64,000 nucleotides of DNA from NCBI GenBank assembly GCA_903878805.1, contig CAIRJF010000032.1:1584-65583 (forward strand), given 5' to 3'. Numbering within the stretch: the first letter of the stretch is position 1; every line of letters starts with the position of its first letter. The notes beneath the pieces are model-generated. The model had not been told where the DNA came from, searched no databases, and was given only the letters and a program-made list of their open reading frames with translations. Both the position numbers and the translations under genes were made by a program. Below are positions 17,680-27,753 of the stretch, one piece after another. Source of the DNA: an uncultured Verrucomicrobia subdivision 3 bacterium. GTDB taxonomy: Bacteria; Verrucomicrobiota; Verrucomicrobiia; Limisphaerales; UBA11358.

Positions 17680-18479
17680 TTAAATACAATCTCGTCATCG
17701 CCTACGACGGCACGGCGTATCAAGGCTGGCAGTGGCAGCGCATCGGCCTGGGTGTGCAGCAACGCGTCGAGGAAGCGCTGGCGAAATTATTTCCGAGCGC
17801 GCCGCGTTTGCACAGTTCCAGCCGCACGGACACCGGCGTTCATGCGCTCGGTATGGTTGCACATTTTGAAGTCCCGGCGGTCGAGGTGCAGCGGATTCCA
17901 CCCGCGCGTCTGCCCATCGCCATCAATTCGCTGTTGCCGCACGACATTCGTGTGCAGTCCGCGGTGCGCAAACCGGCTAAGTTTCATGCGCGCTTCGACG
18001 CGACGGGCAAGCAGTATCGTTACTTCGTCTGGAGTTCGGTTGGGATGAACCCGCTGGTGCGCCACACGGCGTGGCACGTTCCGCGTAAACTGGATTTGAA
18101 AGCGATGCGCGCGGCGGCGAAATTATTTGTCGGTGAACGTGACTTTCAATCTTTCGCGGCGAATCCCGGTTACAAGCGCACGACGACGGTGCGAAATTTG
18201 ACGCGTTGCGAAATCAAAAAATCCGGCGCGCAACTCACTTTCATCATCGAAGGCGACGGGTTTCTTTACAAGATGTGTCGCGGCATCGTGGGCACATTGA
18301 TTCAAGTCGGCATGGGCAAATTTTCGCCGGCCGAAGTTGAAGTAATGCTCGCTAAAGCTGACCGCCGCGTGGCGGGCATGAGCGCGCCCGCGCACGGCTT
18401 GGTGTTGTGGAAAGTTTATTATTCAACACGCGGACGCAAAGCTACTAAAGCGCGAAACCAAGTTGAGGCTGAAGAATAA
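17667..18479 (+). CDS. truA: tRNA pseudouridine(38-40) synthase
   Basis: YDGTAYQGWQWQ, SSRTDTGVHALGMV, FLYKMCRGIVGTL. Confidence 0.9.
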   Translation: MPALIKYNLVIAYDGTAYQGWQWQRIGLGVQQRVEEALAKLFPSAPRLHSSSRTDTGVHALGMVAHFEVPAVEVQRIPPARLPIAINSLLPHDIRVQSAVRKPAKFHARFDATGKQYRYFVWSSVGMNPLVRHTAWHVPRKLDLKAMRAAAKLFVGERDFQSFAANPGYKRTTTVRNLTRCEIKKSGAQLTFIIEGDGFLYKMCRGIVGTLIQVGMGKFSPAEVEVMLAKADRRVAGMSAPAHGLVLWKVYYSTRGRKATKARNQVEAEE

Positions 18480-18485
18480 ATCGCC

Positions 18486-18953
18486 ATGAACATCGTCTTG
18501 CTTGAACCGGAGATTCCGCCAAACACGGGCAACGTGGCGCGGTTGTGCGCGGCCACGAAATCCGTGCTGCATCTCATCGAGCCGTTTGGTTTCAAGCTGG
18601 ATGATGCGCAACTCAAGCGCGCGGGCATGGATTATTGGCAACAGGTAACGTGGCAGCGCTGGAAGAACTGGAGTGCATTCGTGGAAAAAGTTCCGGCGAC
18701 TTCAAAGTTGTGGTTTGTGGAATGCGGCGGGCCAAAACTTTACAGTGACGCAAAATTTTCGCCGGATGATTATCTGATTTTCGGTCGTGAAACGGCAGGC
18801 GTGCCGAAACAACTTTTGGAGCAGCACCGCGACAATTGGTTGCGCATCCCGATGTTCAATGCGGAATCGCGTTCGCTGAATTTGTCGAACTGCGTGGCGC
18901 TGGTTTTGTTTGAGGCGCTGCGGCAGCAGGGTTTTGCGGGCGAGATTTTTTAA
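18486..18953 (+). CDS. trmL: tRNA (cytidine/uridine-2'-O)-methyltransferase (SpoU/TrmL family)
   Basis: MNIVLLEPEIPPNTGNVARLCAAT, LIFGRETAGVP, SLNLSNCVALVLFEALRQ. Confidence 0.85.
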   Translation: MNIVLLEPEIPPNTGNVARLCAATKSVLHLIEPFGFKLDDAQLKRAGMDYWQQVTWQRWKNWSAFVEKVPATSKLWFVECGGPKLYSDAKFSPDDYLIFGRETAGVPKQLLEQHRDNWLRIPMFNAESRSLNLSNCVALVLFEALRQQGFAGEIF

Positions 18954-19700
18954 TCAGCCCACGCCGAAAATTCGCGCCAGAAAATCCAGTGTGCCGTAGG
19001 TCACAAAGCCAAGCGCCATCCGCACCGGCGGAATTTGCAGCAGCACGATGATGATGATGAAACCGAAGCGCGCGAAGTTGGCGTAGGTCTCGTGACTCAT
19101 ACCGGTCGCCACCCGCAAAACGTGTGAACCATCCAGCGGCGGCACGGGAATCAGGTTGAAAAAGCAAAGCACGAGACTCAACCCCGCGGCCTGAATGCAG
19201 AAATCAATCATTTGGCCGGAATGAAGCATCACGCCGACGCGCGCCAAAGCCACGAGGCCGATGGCGAGAAGTAAGTTCATCGCCGGCCCAGCCATCGTCA
19301 CGAGAATGTCGTCACGTTTCGGATGATTGAGATTGTAAGGATTCACCGGCACCGGTTTGGCCCAGCCAATGAGAAATCTGCCTGCGCCTGGCATGAAAAT
19401 CATCAGTAATGGCAATGCCACCGTGCCAATCGGATCTATGTGCGCGACGGGATTGAGCGAGACGCGGCCTTGAAGGCGCGCGGTGTCGTCGCCACATTTC
19501 CACGCGGTCCAAGCGTGGCCGTATTCGTGAAAGGTCAGCAGCGCGACCAGCATCAGATACTGGATGAGGCCGTCGGCAATGACATTGGTGTCCATCGCCG
19601 CAGAATAAATATTTTCCACGTGCGAGTCGAGGCTGTGAATTTTCTTTGCACGCGCGGGTGAAAACGATTTAACATCCTTTTGGTTCAACGATTCAAACAT
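18954..19700 (-). CDS. Site-2 protease family (peptidase M50) membrane protein
   Basis: HEYGHAWTA zinc motif, multiple TM helices, NLIPVPPLDGSHV. The track start 19829 would overlap the divergent fabI, so ATG 19700 (or 19595) is more plausible. The start is uncertain. Confidence 0.75.
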   Translation of the reverse strand: MFESLNQKDVKSFSPARAKKIHSLDSHVENIYSAAMDTNVIADGLIQYLMLVALLTFHEYGHAWTAWKCGDDTARLQGRVSLNPVAHIDPIGTVALPLLMIFMPGAGRFLIGWAKPVPVNPYNLNHPKRDDILVTMAGPAMNLLLAIGLVALARVGVMLHSGQMIDFCIQAAGLSLVLCFFNLIPVPPLDGSHVLRVATGMSHETYANFARFGFIIIIVLLQIPPVRMALGFVTYGTLDFLARIFGVG

Positions 19701-19716
19701 CAACGAATACTCACTT

Positions 19717-20487
19717 ATGTCATTGCTCGCAGGAAAAACCGGGATTGTCTTCGGCGTCGCCAACAAACGTTCCATCGCGTGGGCCATCGCGCAGGCATGG
19801 GCCAAGGAAGGCGTGAAACTGGCGTTCACGTATCAAGGCGAACGCCTCAAGGACAACGTCGAGGAACTCGCCGGCACTTTCGGCGCGGACACGTTGATTT
19901 TGCCGTGCGACGTGACGAAGGATGAAGACATCGCGAATGTTTTCAAAACCGTTGGCGAGAAATTTGGCAAATTAAATTTGCTCCTGCACTCCGTCGCGTT
20001 TGCGCCGAAAGATGCGCTCGAAGGCGAATTCATCAATACCAGCCGCGAAGCGTATCGCATCGCGCACGACATCAGCGCGTATTCGCTCGTCGCCCTCGCG
20101 CGCGGAGCGGCGCCGTTGATGCCCGACGGCGGCAGCATCGTGGCGATGAGTTATTACGGCGCGGAAAAAGTCGTGCCGCACTACAATGTCATGGGCGTCG
20201 CCAAAGCCTCGCTCGAAGCCAGCACGCGCTATCTTGCTAATGATTTGGGTCCGAAAAAAATCCGCGTGAACTGCATCAGCGCCGGCCCCGTCAACACGCT
20301 CGCCGCGCGCGGCATTTCCGGTTTCGGTGAAATGATCAAGCATTACGAAGCCCACGCACCGCTCAAGCGCACCTGCACGCCCGAAGAACTTGGTGCGTCC
20401 GGTGTTTTCCTGGCCAGCGACGGCGCGGCGGCGATCACTGGCCAAGTCATCTACGTTGACGGCGGCTATCAAATCATGGGCATGTGA
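19717..20487 (+). CDS. fabI: Enoyl-ACP reductase (NADH)
   Basis: GKTGIVFGVANKRSIAWAIA, SYYGAEKVVPHYNVMGVAKASLEA (Tyr/Lys catalytic pair), ISAGP. Confidence 0.9.
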   Translation: MSLLAGKTGIVFGVANKRSIAWAIAQAWAKEGVKLAFTYQGERLKDNVEELAGTFGADTLILPCDVTKDEDIANVFKTVGEKFGKLNLLLHSVAFAPKDALEGEFINTSREAYRIAHDISAYSLVALARGAAPLMPDGGSIVAMSYYGAEKVVPHYNVMGVAKASLEASTRYLANDLGPKKIRVNCISAGPVNTLAARGISGFGEMIKHYEAHAPLKRTCTPEELGASGVFLASDGAAAITGQVIYVDGGYQIMGM

Positions 20488-20508
20488 AGTCCGTGCCGGA
20501 CTGCCACC

Positions 20509-21789
20509 ATGAAGACTCCGGCTGCGCTCAATTTTGGTCATTCGCCGGAGACGATTGAATTCTGGAAGCGCCTCGTTCGCGAGGCGCTTTCGCTTTCTAC
20601 GCCGCCGCCGCTCTATATTTTTTCGGCGCTACCCATCGCGGAACGGATTTCTGAATTGGACACCGAACTCGTTTCTGCTGGTTTCCAATCCCAAACGCAA
20701 AATTCAAAACCAAAAATCTTATTTCGCCATTGGCTGTCATGCAAAACGCAACCCGTCGCGCCGCTGTTGCGCTGGTGGCGCGAGCAGGGTCGCGGCGTCG
20801 AGGTCGTCAGCGAATTTGAACTGCGCGCCGCACTTGCCGAAGGTTTTGCGCCGGAAAATATTTTAGTCAACGGCCCGGCCAAACATCACTGGCTGCCGCA
20901 ATTTGAACTGTGCTACCTGTCGGTCAATTTCGATTCATCCGCCGAACTCGCCGCACTATTGCCGCTCGCTAAAAAACTTAACTGGCGTTGCGGTGTTCGC
21001 ATCCTGACCGGCGAAGAATTTGATCCGGAAACTCCGCAGTTGCCGACGCAATTCGGCTTTGCGCCGGACGAAGCCATTGCTGCCTTAAAAAAGTTGCAAC
21101 GCGCGAAAACCCGCGTAGAAACAGTGCATTTTCATCTGCGCTCTAATATTTCTTCCGTGGCGACGTTTGAGCGCGCCATTGCTGAAGTGGCGAAGATTTG
21201 CCGCGCAGCGAAGTTCAGTCCATTGCACTTGGACATCGGCGGCGGAATTCCCGTGCGTCATGTGCTCACGCGCGGCGGCAAAATTTATGACGGTCAGTTT
21301 GGTTTGGTTGCGTTCGCGCAAAGTTTGCGGCAGTCGGTGAAATTATTTCCCGAACTGCGCGAGCTTTGGTTGGAAAATGGTCGTTGGGTCAGCGCGGGCA
21401 GCGGTGTGCTTGTGATAAAAATTCTCGACGTGAAGGAACGGCGCGGTGTGCGCCAACTCATCTGCGACGGTGGTCGCACGCTGAATGCGCTGATGTCCGT
21501 GTGGGAACAACACGCGCTCGTTCCATTAGCTGAACGCGGCGGCGCGGAAGTGCTGACGGTCGTCCACGGTCCGACGTGCATGGCGTTTGACCAGCTTGCG
21601 CGGATTCCGCTGCCGCGCTCTTTAAAAGCGGGCGAGCATTTGCTTTGGCTCGATGCTGGTGCGTATCATTTGCCGTGGGAAACGAAATTTTCGCACGGCC
21701 ACGCCTCGGTTTGCTGGCATGACGAAAAGGGAATTCGCCTCGTGCGCGAACGGCAAGGCTTTAAAAAATTCTGGGGCGACTGGAAATAA
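20509..21789 (+). CDS. Fold-type III PLP-dependent decarboxylase (Orn/DAP/Arg decarboxylase family)
   Basis: LSCKTQP (PLP-Lys context), HFHL, HLDIGGGIP, CDGGRT.., GPTCMAFD. Substrate not assignable from sequence. Confidence 0.65.
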   Translation: MKTPAALNFGHSPETIEFWKRLVREALSLSTPPPLYIFSALPIAERISELDTELVSAGFQSQTQNSKPKILFRHWLSCKTQPVAPLLRWWREQGRGVEVVSEFELRAALAEGFAPENILVNGPAKHHWLPQFELCYLSVNFDSSAELAALLPLAKKLNWRCGVRILTGEEFDPETPQLPTQFGFAPDEAIAALKKLQRAKTRVETVHFHLRSNISSVATFERAIAEVAKICRAAKFSPLHLDIGGGIPVRHVLTRGGKIYDGQFGLVAFAQSLRQSVKLFPELRELWLENGRWVSAGSGVLVIKILDVKERRGVRQLICDGGRTLNALMSVWEQHALVPLAERGGAEVLTVVHGPTCMAFDQLARIPLPRSLKAGEHLLWLDAGAYHLPWETKFSHGHASVCWHDEKGIRLVRERQGFKKFWGDWK

Positions 21790-22398
21790 TCAGTCCGGCC
21801 GTTTCATTTCAAAACGCTCGTTTGTTTTGCAATACCAATGCGGCGACGCCATGCGGCCGATGGTCAAAAGTTTTTCTGTGCGCACGCGCTTGGTTGCCGC
21901 GTCAAAAAACTCATCGCGCAGGTGAATGCGCTTAATCAAACCAATCACCATGCGGTTGCCGCCGATTTGCAACGTGCCCCATTCGGTGCATTCAAGGCTT
22001 GCGGGTGCTTCCGCGATGCGCGGCGGTTTTACAATGGACGACGGCAAAGCCGTAAGTCCGGCGCGCACCAATTCATTTTCGCCGAACGGCAGCGACGCGG
22101 CGCATTGATTCATCGCTTCCGCAATTTTTTCATCCACGAGGTTCACGACGAATTCGTGCGTGGCGCGGACGTTGAGCGCGGTGTCCTTCGGCACGCCGTT
22201 CTCGCGGTCGCTCGGCGCGAAGGCGCAGATAGGCGGATTTGCGCCCATGAGATTGAAGAAGCTGAACGGCGCAGCGTTCACCTTGCCGTCAGCACTAATG
22301 GTGGTGACGAGCGCAATCGGGCGCGGCGTGACGAGGCTGGCGAGAATGGTGTAGGCGCGGTCGGCGTAATCGGTTTCGAGATTCAGTTCCATAATCAA
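21790..22398 (-). CDS. Flavin reductase-like (FMN-binding split-barrel) protein
   Basis: TPRPIALVTTISADGKVNAAPFSFFNLMGANPP is typical of the Flavin_Reduct domain. Confidence 0.75.
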   Translation of the reverse strand: MIMELNLETDYADRAYTILASLVTPRPIALVTTISADGKVNAAPFSFFNLMGANPPICAFAPSDRENGVPKDTALNVRATHEFVVNLVDEKIAEAMNQCAASLPFGENELVRAGLTALPSSIVKPPRIAEAPASLECTEWGTLQIGGNRMVIGLIKRIHLRDEFFDAATKRVRTEKLLTIGRMASPHWYCKTNERFEMKRPD

Positions 22399-23705
22399 TT
22401 TGAATGTTTTAGGCGCGCAACATACGCGCCGTCCACGTGGTCGGCAAACGGCAATAATTGGCGTTCGGTTTCCAATTTATAATTTGGATTGCTCGCGAGA
22501 AATTCTTTTACGACATCGGAATTTTCTTCCGGCTCCAAGCTGCACGTGCTGTAAACGATGACGCCGCCGGGTTTCAAAACCGTTGCGGCCTGTTTGAGCA
22601 AAACCAGTTGTGTCGTGCGCAGACGCTCGATTTCCGCCGGTTGGATGAGCCAGCGCAAATCCACGCGGCGACGCATGACGCCAGTGTTGGAACACGGCGC
22701 GTCCACCAAAACGCGGTCGAAAGTTGCCGGTTCAAAATTAAAAGTTGCGGTCGCCGTGGCGCAGGTCACGCCGAGGCGCGTGCAGTTTTCACGAATCAAT
22801 TTCAAACGGTCGGCAAACGTGTCGTGCGCGATGATTTTGCCGTCGTTGTTCATCTGCTGCGCGATGAAAGTGGTCTTACCGCCGGGCGCCGCGCACAAAT
22901 CCAAAATGCTTTCACCCGGCTGTGCGCCAAGCAGAGCAGGGGCGAGCAAGGTGCTGGGATCTTGCAAATAAAAACTGCCAGCGCGAAAGCTGCCGAGCGA
23001 ATTCAGCGGCGGATGCGACTTCAATTCGAAGGCCAGATTTTCGCCTGTCCAGTCGCGCGTGCAGAAATCGTAGTCCACATTTTCCTCGCGCCAGCGTTCG
23101 ATTAGTTTGGCGGCGTCGGTTTTCAACGTGTTAACGCGCGCAAAAGTTTTTGGCGGCGTGTTATTCCATTCCAGCAGCGTGCGTGTTTTCTCGTTGCCGA
23201 AATTTTTGCGCCAGCGTTCCACGAGCCATTCGGGATGTGACCAGCCGAGCGCGGGCTGCGAGACTTTCATGTCCGCGAGAATTTTTTTCACCTCGTCAAA
23301 CTCGCGGAGATAGGCGCGGAGAATGGCGTTGATGAAACCGGATTGAGAGACGTAGCCGGAGCGTTTGGCTTGCTCAACGGTTTCGTGAACGGCGGCGTGC
23401 GGCGGAATGCGGTCGAGCCAAAAAATCTGGTAGAGGCCGAGGCGCAACAGATTCACGAGCGCGGGGCGCGGCTCACGGCCGGGCGTGGTCTTGCGCGCGA
23501 TAAGCCGGTCGAGCGTGGCTTGCCAGCGCACGACACCGCAGACGAGTTCATGGCACAAGCCGCGATCTGCTGGCGAAAGGCGCGCGGTGGCCAGAGCCGT
23601 TTCGAGGAGATTCTCGGTAAATTCTCCGTTGTTCAGGCGCTGCGATAAAACGCGCGCCGCAATTTGTCTTGGATTTTGTTCGTTCACCACGTTTAATGGA
23701 GTCAT
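22395..23705 (-). CDS. rsmB: 16S rRNA (cytosine967-C5)-methyltransferase
   Basis: N-terminal NusB-like domain. LDLCAAPGGKT, DAPCSNTGVMRRR, YSTCSLEPEEN. Confidence 0.85.
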   Translation of the reverse strand: MTPLNVVNEQNPRQIAARVLSQRLNNGEFTENLLETALATARLSPADRGLCHELVCGVVRWQATLDRLIARKTTPGREPRPALVNLLRLGLYQIFWLDRIPPHAAVHETVEQAKRSGYVSQSGFINAILRAYLREFDEVKKILADMKVSQPALGWSHPEWLVERWRKNFGNEKTRTLLEWNNTPPKTFARVNTLKTDAAKLIERWREENVDYDFCTRDWTGENLAFELKSHPPLNSLGSFRAGSFYLQDPSTLLAPALLGAQPGESILDLCAAPGGKTTFIAQQMNNDGKIIAHDTFADRLKLIRENCTRLGVTCATATATFNFEPATFDRVLVDAPCSNTGVMRRRVDLRWLIQPAEIERLRTTQLVLLKQAATVLKPGGVIVYSTCSLEPEENSDVVKEFLASNPNYKLETERQLLPFADHVDGAYVARLKHSN

Positions 23706-23743
23706 AGTGAATCCGTGACGACAGAAATACGATTTTATATTTT

Positions 23744-25582
23744 ATGAAAGAAGAATTCGAAAAATTGGCGGCAGCGGGAAAAATTGAAGGCAAACACGTT
23801 CCGGCGCTCGCGCAATTGGCGGAAGCCGGCTGCTGCACGCACCGGAGCTGGGGCTTTGGCCGCATCAAAACGGTGGACACAGTGTTCGCGCGCTTCACGA
23901 TTGATTTTCCGGGCAAGGCCGGACATCCGATGGACTTGGGCTTCGCCGCTGAATCGCTCAAACCAGTGCCGAAGGATCACATCCTCGCGCGCAAGGCGAC
24001 CGACCTCGACGCCGTCCGCCATCTCGCGGCGCATCACATTGATTTGATCAAAATTGTGCTGAACAGTTTTGGTGGCAAAGCTACGACGGATCAAATCCAG
24101 TCCGTGCTCGTGCCCGACGTTATTTCCGACGACTGGAAAAAATGGTGGGAAACCGCCAAGCGCGAAATGAAGAAGGACGGTCACTTCATCGTGCCGCTCA
24201 AGAAAACCGAAGCGGTCGTTTATCAGGCGCAGGAAACGTCGTTGCAAGATCGCTTGCTTGCCGACTTCCGCAAAGCCAAAGGTCTTAAGGCGCGCATCCT
24301 CGTGGTGGCCGAAATCCTCAAGGGCATTTCCGATTTGAAAGACAAAGCGGCCGCGGCGAATGAAGTCATCGCCGCGTTGAATCCCGACATCGCTTCGCAT
24401 CAACGCACGCAACCGGCGGTGGCGCTGGAAGCCGTGTTTGCGCGCGATGAATTGCGCGAAGCCGCTGGTTTGCCGGCGGGCGTGGATGAAATTTCCGTCG
24501 CGCAAATCTGGGCGCAGGATGGCATCCGCTTTGGTCCGCTGATTGAATCCATTCCCGCTGCGAAACATCATCGCGCGTTGGAATCTTTCAAGACCGCGTA
24601 TCCCGAAAAATGGGTGGAAGTGTTCCGCAGCGCGCTCAATTTCGTTTCCGCCAAGCTCGCCAAGGAAATCGTCAGCGTGCTCATTCACGATGGCAAACTC
24701 GCTTTGCTCAAGGAAACGCTCGCCAAGCTCATCAATCAGCACACCGCCAGCAGCGAATTGCTTTTGTGGTTCGGTCGCGAACGCACGGAAGATTTTGTGG
24801 ACATCCTTGGTCCGGAAGTTTTTCGCGCCATGCTGACCTCCATGGAACGCGACCAGTTTCAGGAAAAACGCTCGAACCGTTTGCGCGATTTTATTCTCGA
24901 AGATCAGGCGTTGATTGTGGAACTCACTTCCACGGCGGACATCGAAGTCGTAAAAGATTTGACCCGCGCGCTGAAATTGTCGCCCGTGTTTGACGACATG
25001 GACAAGCGTTCGCTGCTCGCGCGGCTCGTCAAGGCGCATCCCGCCGTGCAATCGCTCGTCAGCGGCGAACAGACCAAGCAGGAAGCCGGCCTGCTCGTCT
25101 CGTGGGAAAGCCTCGAACGCCGCCGCGCCGAGTATCAGGAACTCGTCGAGAAAAAAATTCCGGCGAACTCCAAGGAAATCGCCATCGCGCGCAGCTACGG
25201 CGATTTGCGCGAGAATCACGAATACAAGGCCGCGAAAGAGATGCAGAAAATTTTGATGCGCCAGAAGGAAGACCTCGAAGCCGCGCTCAACCGCGCGCGC
25301 GGACAGGATTTTGCCAACGCCAGCACTGAAGTTGTCGGACCGGGGACGATTGTGCAGGTGGCCGATCCCGCGACTAACCAGACCGAGACCTTCACGATTC
25401 TCGGCGCGTGGGATTCCGATCCCGACCACGGCATCATCAGCTATCTCACGCCGATTGCGATGGCCTTGGTCAACCGCAAGGTCGGCGACGAAGTGGAATT
25501 TGAACTGCACGGCAGCAAGCGCCGGCAGCGCATTGAAAACATCTCCGCGTGGAAAACCGAAGCGGCTACGGCCACGGCGTAA
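23744..25582 (+). CDS. Long GreA/GreB-family protein (about 450-aa unknown N-terminal region plus Gre-like C-terminus)
   Basis: The C-terminal about 150 aa carry ARSYGDLRENHEYKAAKEMQ and a Gre C-terminal-like VGPGTIVQV...ISYLTPIAMALVNRKVGDEVEF. The N-terminal part has no motif I can name. Confidence 0.7.
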   Translation: MKEEFEKLAAAGKIEGKHVPALAQLAEAGCCTHRSWGFGRIKTVDTVFARFTIDFPGKAGHPMDLGFAAESLKPVPKDHILARKATDLDAVRHLAAHHIDLIKIVLNSFGGKATTDQIQSVLVPDVISDDWKKWWETAKREMKKDGHFIVPLKKTEAVVYQAQETSLQDRLLADFRKAKGLKARILVVAEILKGISDLKDKAAAANEVIAALNPDIASHQRTQPAVALEAVFARDELREAAGLPAGVDEISVAQIWAQDGIRFGPLIESIPAAKHHRALESFKTAYPEKWVEVFRSALNFVSAKLAKEIVSVLIHDGKLALLKETLAKLINQHTASSELLLWFGRERTEDFVDILGPEVFRAMLTSMERDQFQEKRSNRLRDFILEDQALIVELTSTADIEVVKDLTRALKLSPVFDDMDKRSLLARLVKAHPAVQSLVSGEQTKQEAGLLVSWESLERRRAEYQELVEKKIPANSKEIAIARSYGDLRENHEYKAAKEMQKILMRQKEDLEAALNRARGQDFANASTEVVGPGTIVQVADPATNQTETFTILGAWDSDPDHGIISYLTPIAMALVNRKVGDEVEFELHGSKRRQRIENISAWKTEAATATA

Positions 25583-25597
25583 TAAATCTGAAACCAA

Positions 25598-25633
25598 GAA
25601 AGGCACGGAGCGAATAGCTCCGTGCCTTTTAGT
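25598..25633. terminator. Bidirectional intrinsic terminator between convergent genes
   Basis: aaa ggcacggagc gaata gctccgtgcc tttt: a perfect 10-bp stem flanked by A-run and T-run. Confidence 0.8.
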
Positions 25634-25649
25634 TTTATTCGAGAACTTT

Positions 25650-26093
25650 TTAAGCCTTGCCGCCGAAGCTTGCGAAGTCGTCCGCGTCCAGCACCTCGAA
25701 CCACGTCGTGATGTCCGTGCGCGTGGGCGCTACGGCTTTGTGGATGCCGTTGAAATATTCGCGGCCTTCCGGATTATCGGGCGAGCGGTTTTCTTGCCAG
25801 TTCGACCATGCGATGATTTCCGGCGCGGTGCGTTTATGTTTCGCGTGCTTCTCAATCCACGCGAGCACTTCCGTGTCGCTCTTGGTGAGTTCCTTTTTCA
25901 AGGCTTCCGCGTCGATGCCGGCGAACTCCAGAAACCGCTGGTCGAGCGGGCAGGCGTAATGATATTCGCCGTTCTTGCCCGCCAGGGTGGCGCGGCCTTT
26001 GTCCAACATGCGCGGCAAAATGGCGTAGCCGCCGAGGCGCACGCGCGGACTGCGCGGCGGGAATTGCGTGAGGTCAGGTGTTTGTAATGACAT
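25650..26093 (-). CDS. DUF5069-like protein
   Basis: MSLQTPDLTQFPPRSPRVRLGGYAILPRMLDKGRATLAGKNGEYHYACPLDQRFLEF matches my recollection of the DUF5069 family. ATG at 26093 preferred over the upstream track start. Confidence 0.55.
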   Translation of the reverse strand: MSLQTPDLTQFPPRSPRVRLGGYAILPRMLDKGRATLAGKNGEYHYACPLDQRFLEFAGIDAEALKKELTKSDTEVLAWIEKHAKHKRTAPEIIAWSNWQENRSPDNPEGREYFNGIHKAVAPTRTDITTWFEVLDADDFASFGGKA

Positions 26094-26199
26094 AGTTATT
26101 TTAATTTCAGTGTTCGTGCCGCCTTTCTTTGCGGCGGGTTTCAAATTGCACTGAAAATGCCGAATTGCAAGTGACGCCGTAAAAAATTATTCTGTTCGC

Positions 26200-26886
26200 G
26201 TGAAACACTCTGGAAAAGCTTCCGCCGCCGCGTTGAAATTGATTGCCATCTCCGGCGCGGGCGTGCTGGCGCTGCTGCTGGTGGCGTGGTTGGCGGCGCA
26301 CATCGGCAGCTTCATCGTCACGCAGGCGGTGACGCTCAGCGTTTTGTGGGCGTTGTTCGTCATCTTCACGTTTTATTTTTTCCGCGACCCGGACCCGTTA
26401 CCGCCCACCGGCCCCGGCCTCGTCATCGCTCCCGGTCACGGTAAAGTGGACACGATTGATACCACAACCGAAACCGATTTCATGGGCGGCGAATGTCGTC
26501 GCATCTCCATTTTTCTTTCCGTGTTCGATGTTCACGTTCAGAACGCGCCGGTGACGGGGCGCATCGCGTTTTTCAAACACACGCCCGGCCAATATCTCAA
26601 CGCCATGCGCGCCGATTGCGCAAAGTTCAACGAAAATGTCCTCATCGGCATCGAATCTGTTGATCCGCGCGAAACGAAAGTCGGCATGCGCCTCATCGCC
26701 GGCCTCATCGCGCGCCGCATCGTGCCGTTTGTTTCGCAGAATGATCCCGTTCTGCGCGGCGAACGCGTTAGCCTGATTCAATTCGGTTCGCGCGTGGATG
26801 TCTATCTGCCCATGAATTCAAAAGTAAAAGTGCAACTCGGCGACCGCGTCGTTGGCGGACTCACGGTGCTGGCAGCGTTTGAATAA
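26200..26886 (+). CDS. psd: Phosphatidylserine decarboxylase proenzyme (short, membrane-anchored type)
   Basis: N-terminal TM helices, GHGKVDTI, FLSVFDVHVQNAP, QFGSRVDVYLP (G-S self-cleavage site). GTG start. Confidence 0.8.
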   Translation: MKHSGKASAAALKLIAISGAGVLALLLVAWLAAHIGSFIVTQAVTLSVLWALFVIFTFYFFRDPDPLPPTGPGLVIAPGHGKVDTIDTTTETDFMGGECRRISIFLSVFDVHVQNAPVTGRIAFFKHTPGQYLNAMRADCAKFNENVLIGIESVDPRETKVGMRLIAGLIARRIVPFVSQNDPVLRGERVSLIQFGSRVDVYLPMNSKVKVQLGDRVVGGLTVLAAFE

Positions 26887-26889
26887 ATT

Positions 26890-27753
26890 ATGGCTGACAC
26901 ACCGCAAAAAACTGCGACGCCACCCGAAGGCGAGAAGCTGAAAATTTATTTTCTGCCGAACCTGCTGACAGCGGGCAATCTGTTTTGCGGCTTCGTGGCG
27001 CTGACCAAAATCGTCGAAGCGAATCTAACGCCCGACTTGAATGGTCATGTGGATTGGATGCCCATCAAGTTCGCACTCGCCGCGATTTTGCTCGCGTGCA
27101 TTTTTGATTTGTTCGACGGTCGCGTCGCGCGCATGGGCGGACACGAAAGTCCCTTCGGCCGCGAATTTGATTCGCTGGCCGATTTGATTTCCTTTGGCGT
27201 TGCGCCCGCGTTTCTCGTGCATCGCGTCGTGTTGCGCAGTGCGTTGCCGGATGAATACACGCAAATCGGCTGGTTCATCGCCTCAATTTATCTCATCTGC
27301 GGCGCGTTCCGGTTGGCGCGTTTCAATTGTCTCTCCGCGATGAATCTTCCCGGCGCGGGCAAAGATTTTCTTGGCTTCCCGATTCCGTCCGCCGCCGGCC
27401 TCGTCGCGTCGCTGACGCTGTTCATCATCAAATTGAACGAGAAGGAAAAAGACCTTGGCCACTGGGGTTATCTGCTGCCGGTCGTGCTGGTTTTTCTTTC
27501 GGCAATGATGGTGAGCGAAGTGCGTTACCCCAGCTTCAAGTCGCTGGGCATCCGTTCGTCCACGACATTTTTGAAATTTATAGTGATTGTGCTGTTTGTC
27601 GGCAGCCTGTTTGTTTTGCGCGAGAAAATTTTATATTACGTCCTGCCGCTATTTTTTACCGGCTATCTGGTTTACGGTTTTGTGCGTCCGCACATTTCCC
27701 GCGCGTGGCGCAAGGAAATCGAGGACGAGGATGAATCGGAAACGGCAACTTAA
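26890..27753 (+). CDS. pssA: CDP-diacylglycerol--serine O-phosphatidyltransferase
   Basis: CDP-alcohol phosphatidyltransferase motif DLFDGRVARM..GREFDSLADLISFGVAP. Polytopic membrane protein. Confidence 0.85.
   Translation: MADTPQKTATPPEGEKLKIYFLPNLLTAGNLFCGFVALTKIVEANLTPDLNGHVDWMPIKFALAAILLACIFDLFDGRVARMGGHESPFGREFDSLADLISFGVAPAFLVHRVVLRSALPDEYTQIGWFIASIYLICGAFRLARFNCLSAMNLPGAGKDFLGFPIPSAAGLVASLTLFIIKLNEKEKDLGHWGYLLPVVLVFLSAMMVSEVRYPSFKSLGIRSSTTFLKFIVIVLFVGSLFVLREKILYYVLPLFFTGYLVYGFVRPHISRAWRKEIEDEDESETAT

Noticed and set aside
23735-25606. 623-aa ORF on the minus strand that overlaps the whole Gre-like gene
   Set aside because: The plus-strand frame carries recognisable Gre motifs (YGDLRENHEYKAAKEMQ). 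The minus-strand product is Arg/Phe/Gly-rich with no motif, which is typical of a shadow ORF opposite a GC-rich gene. Its length is striking but is not evidence of coding.
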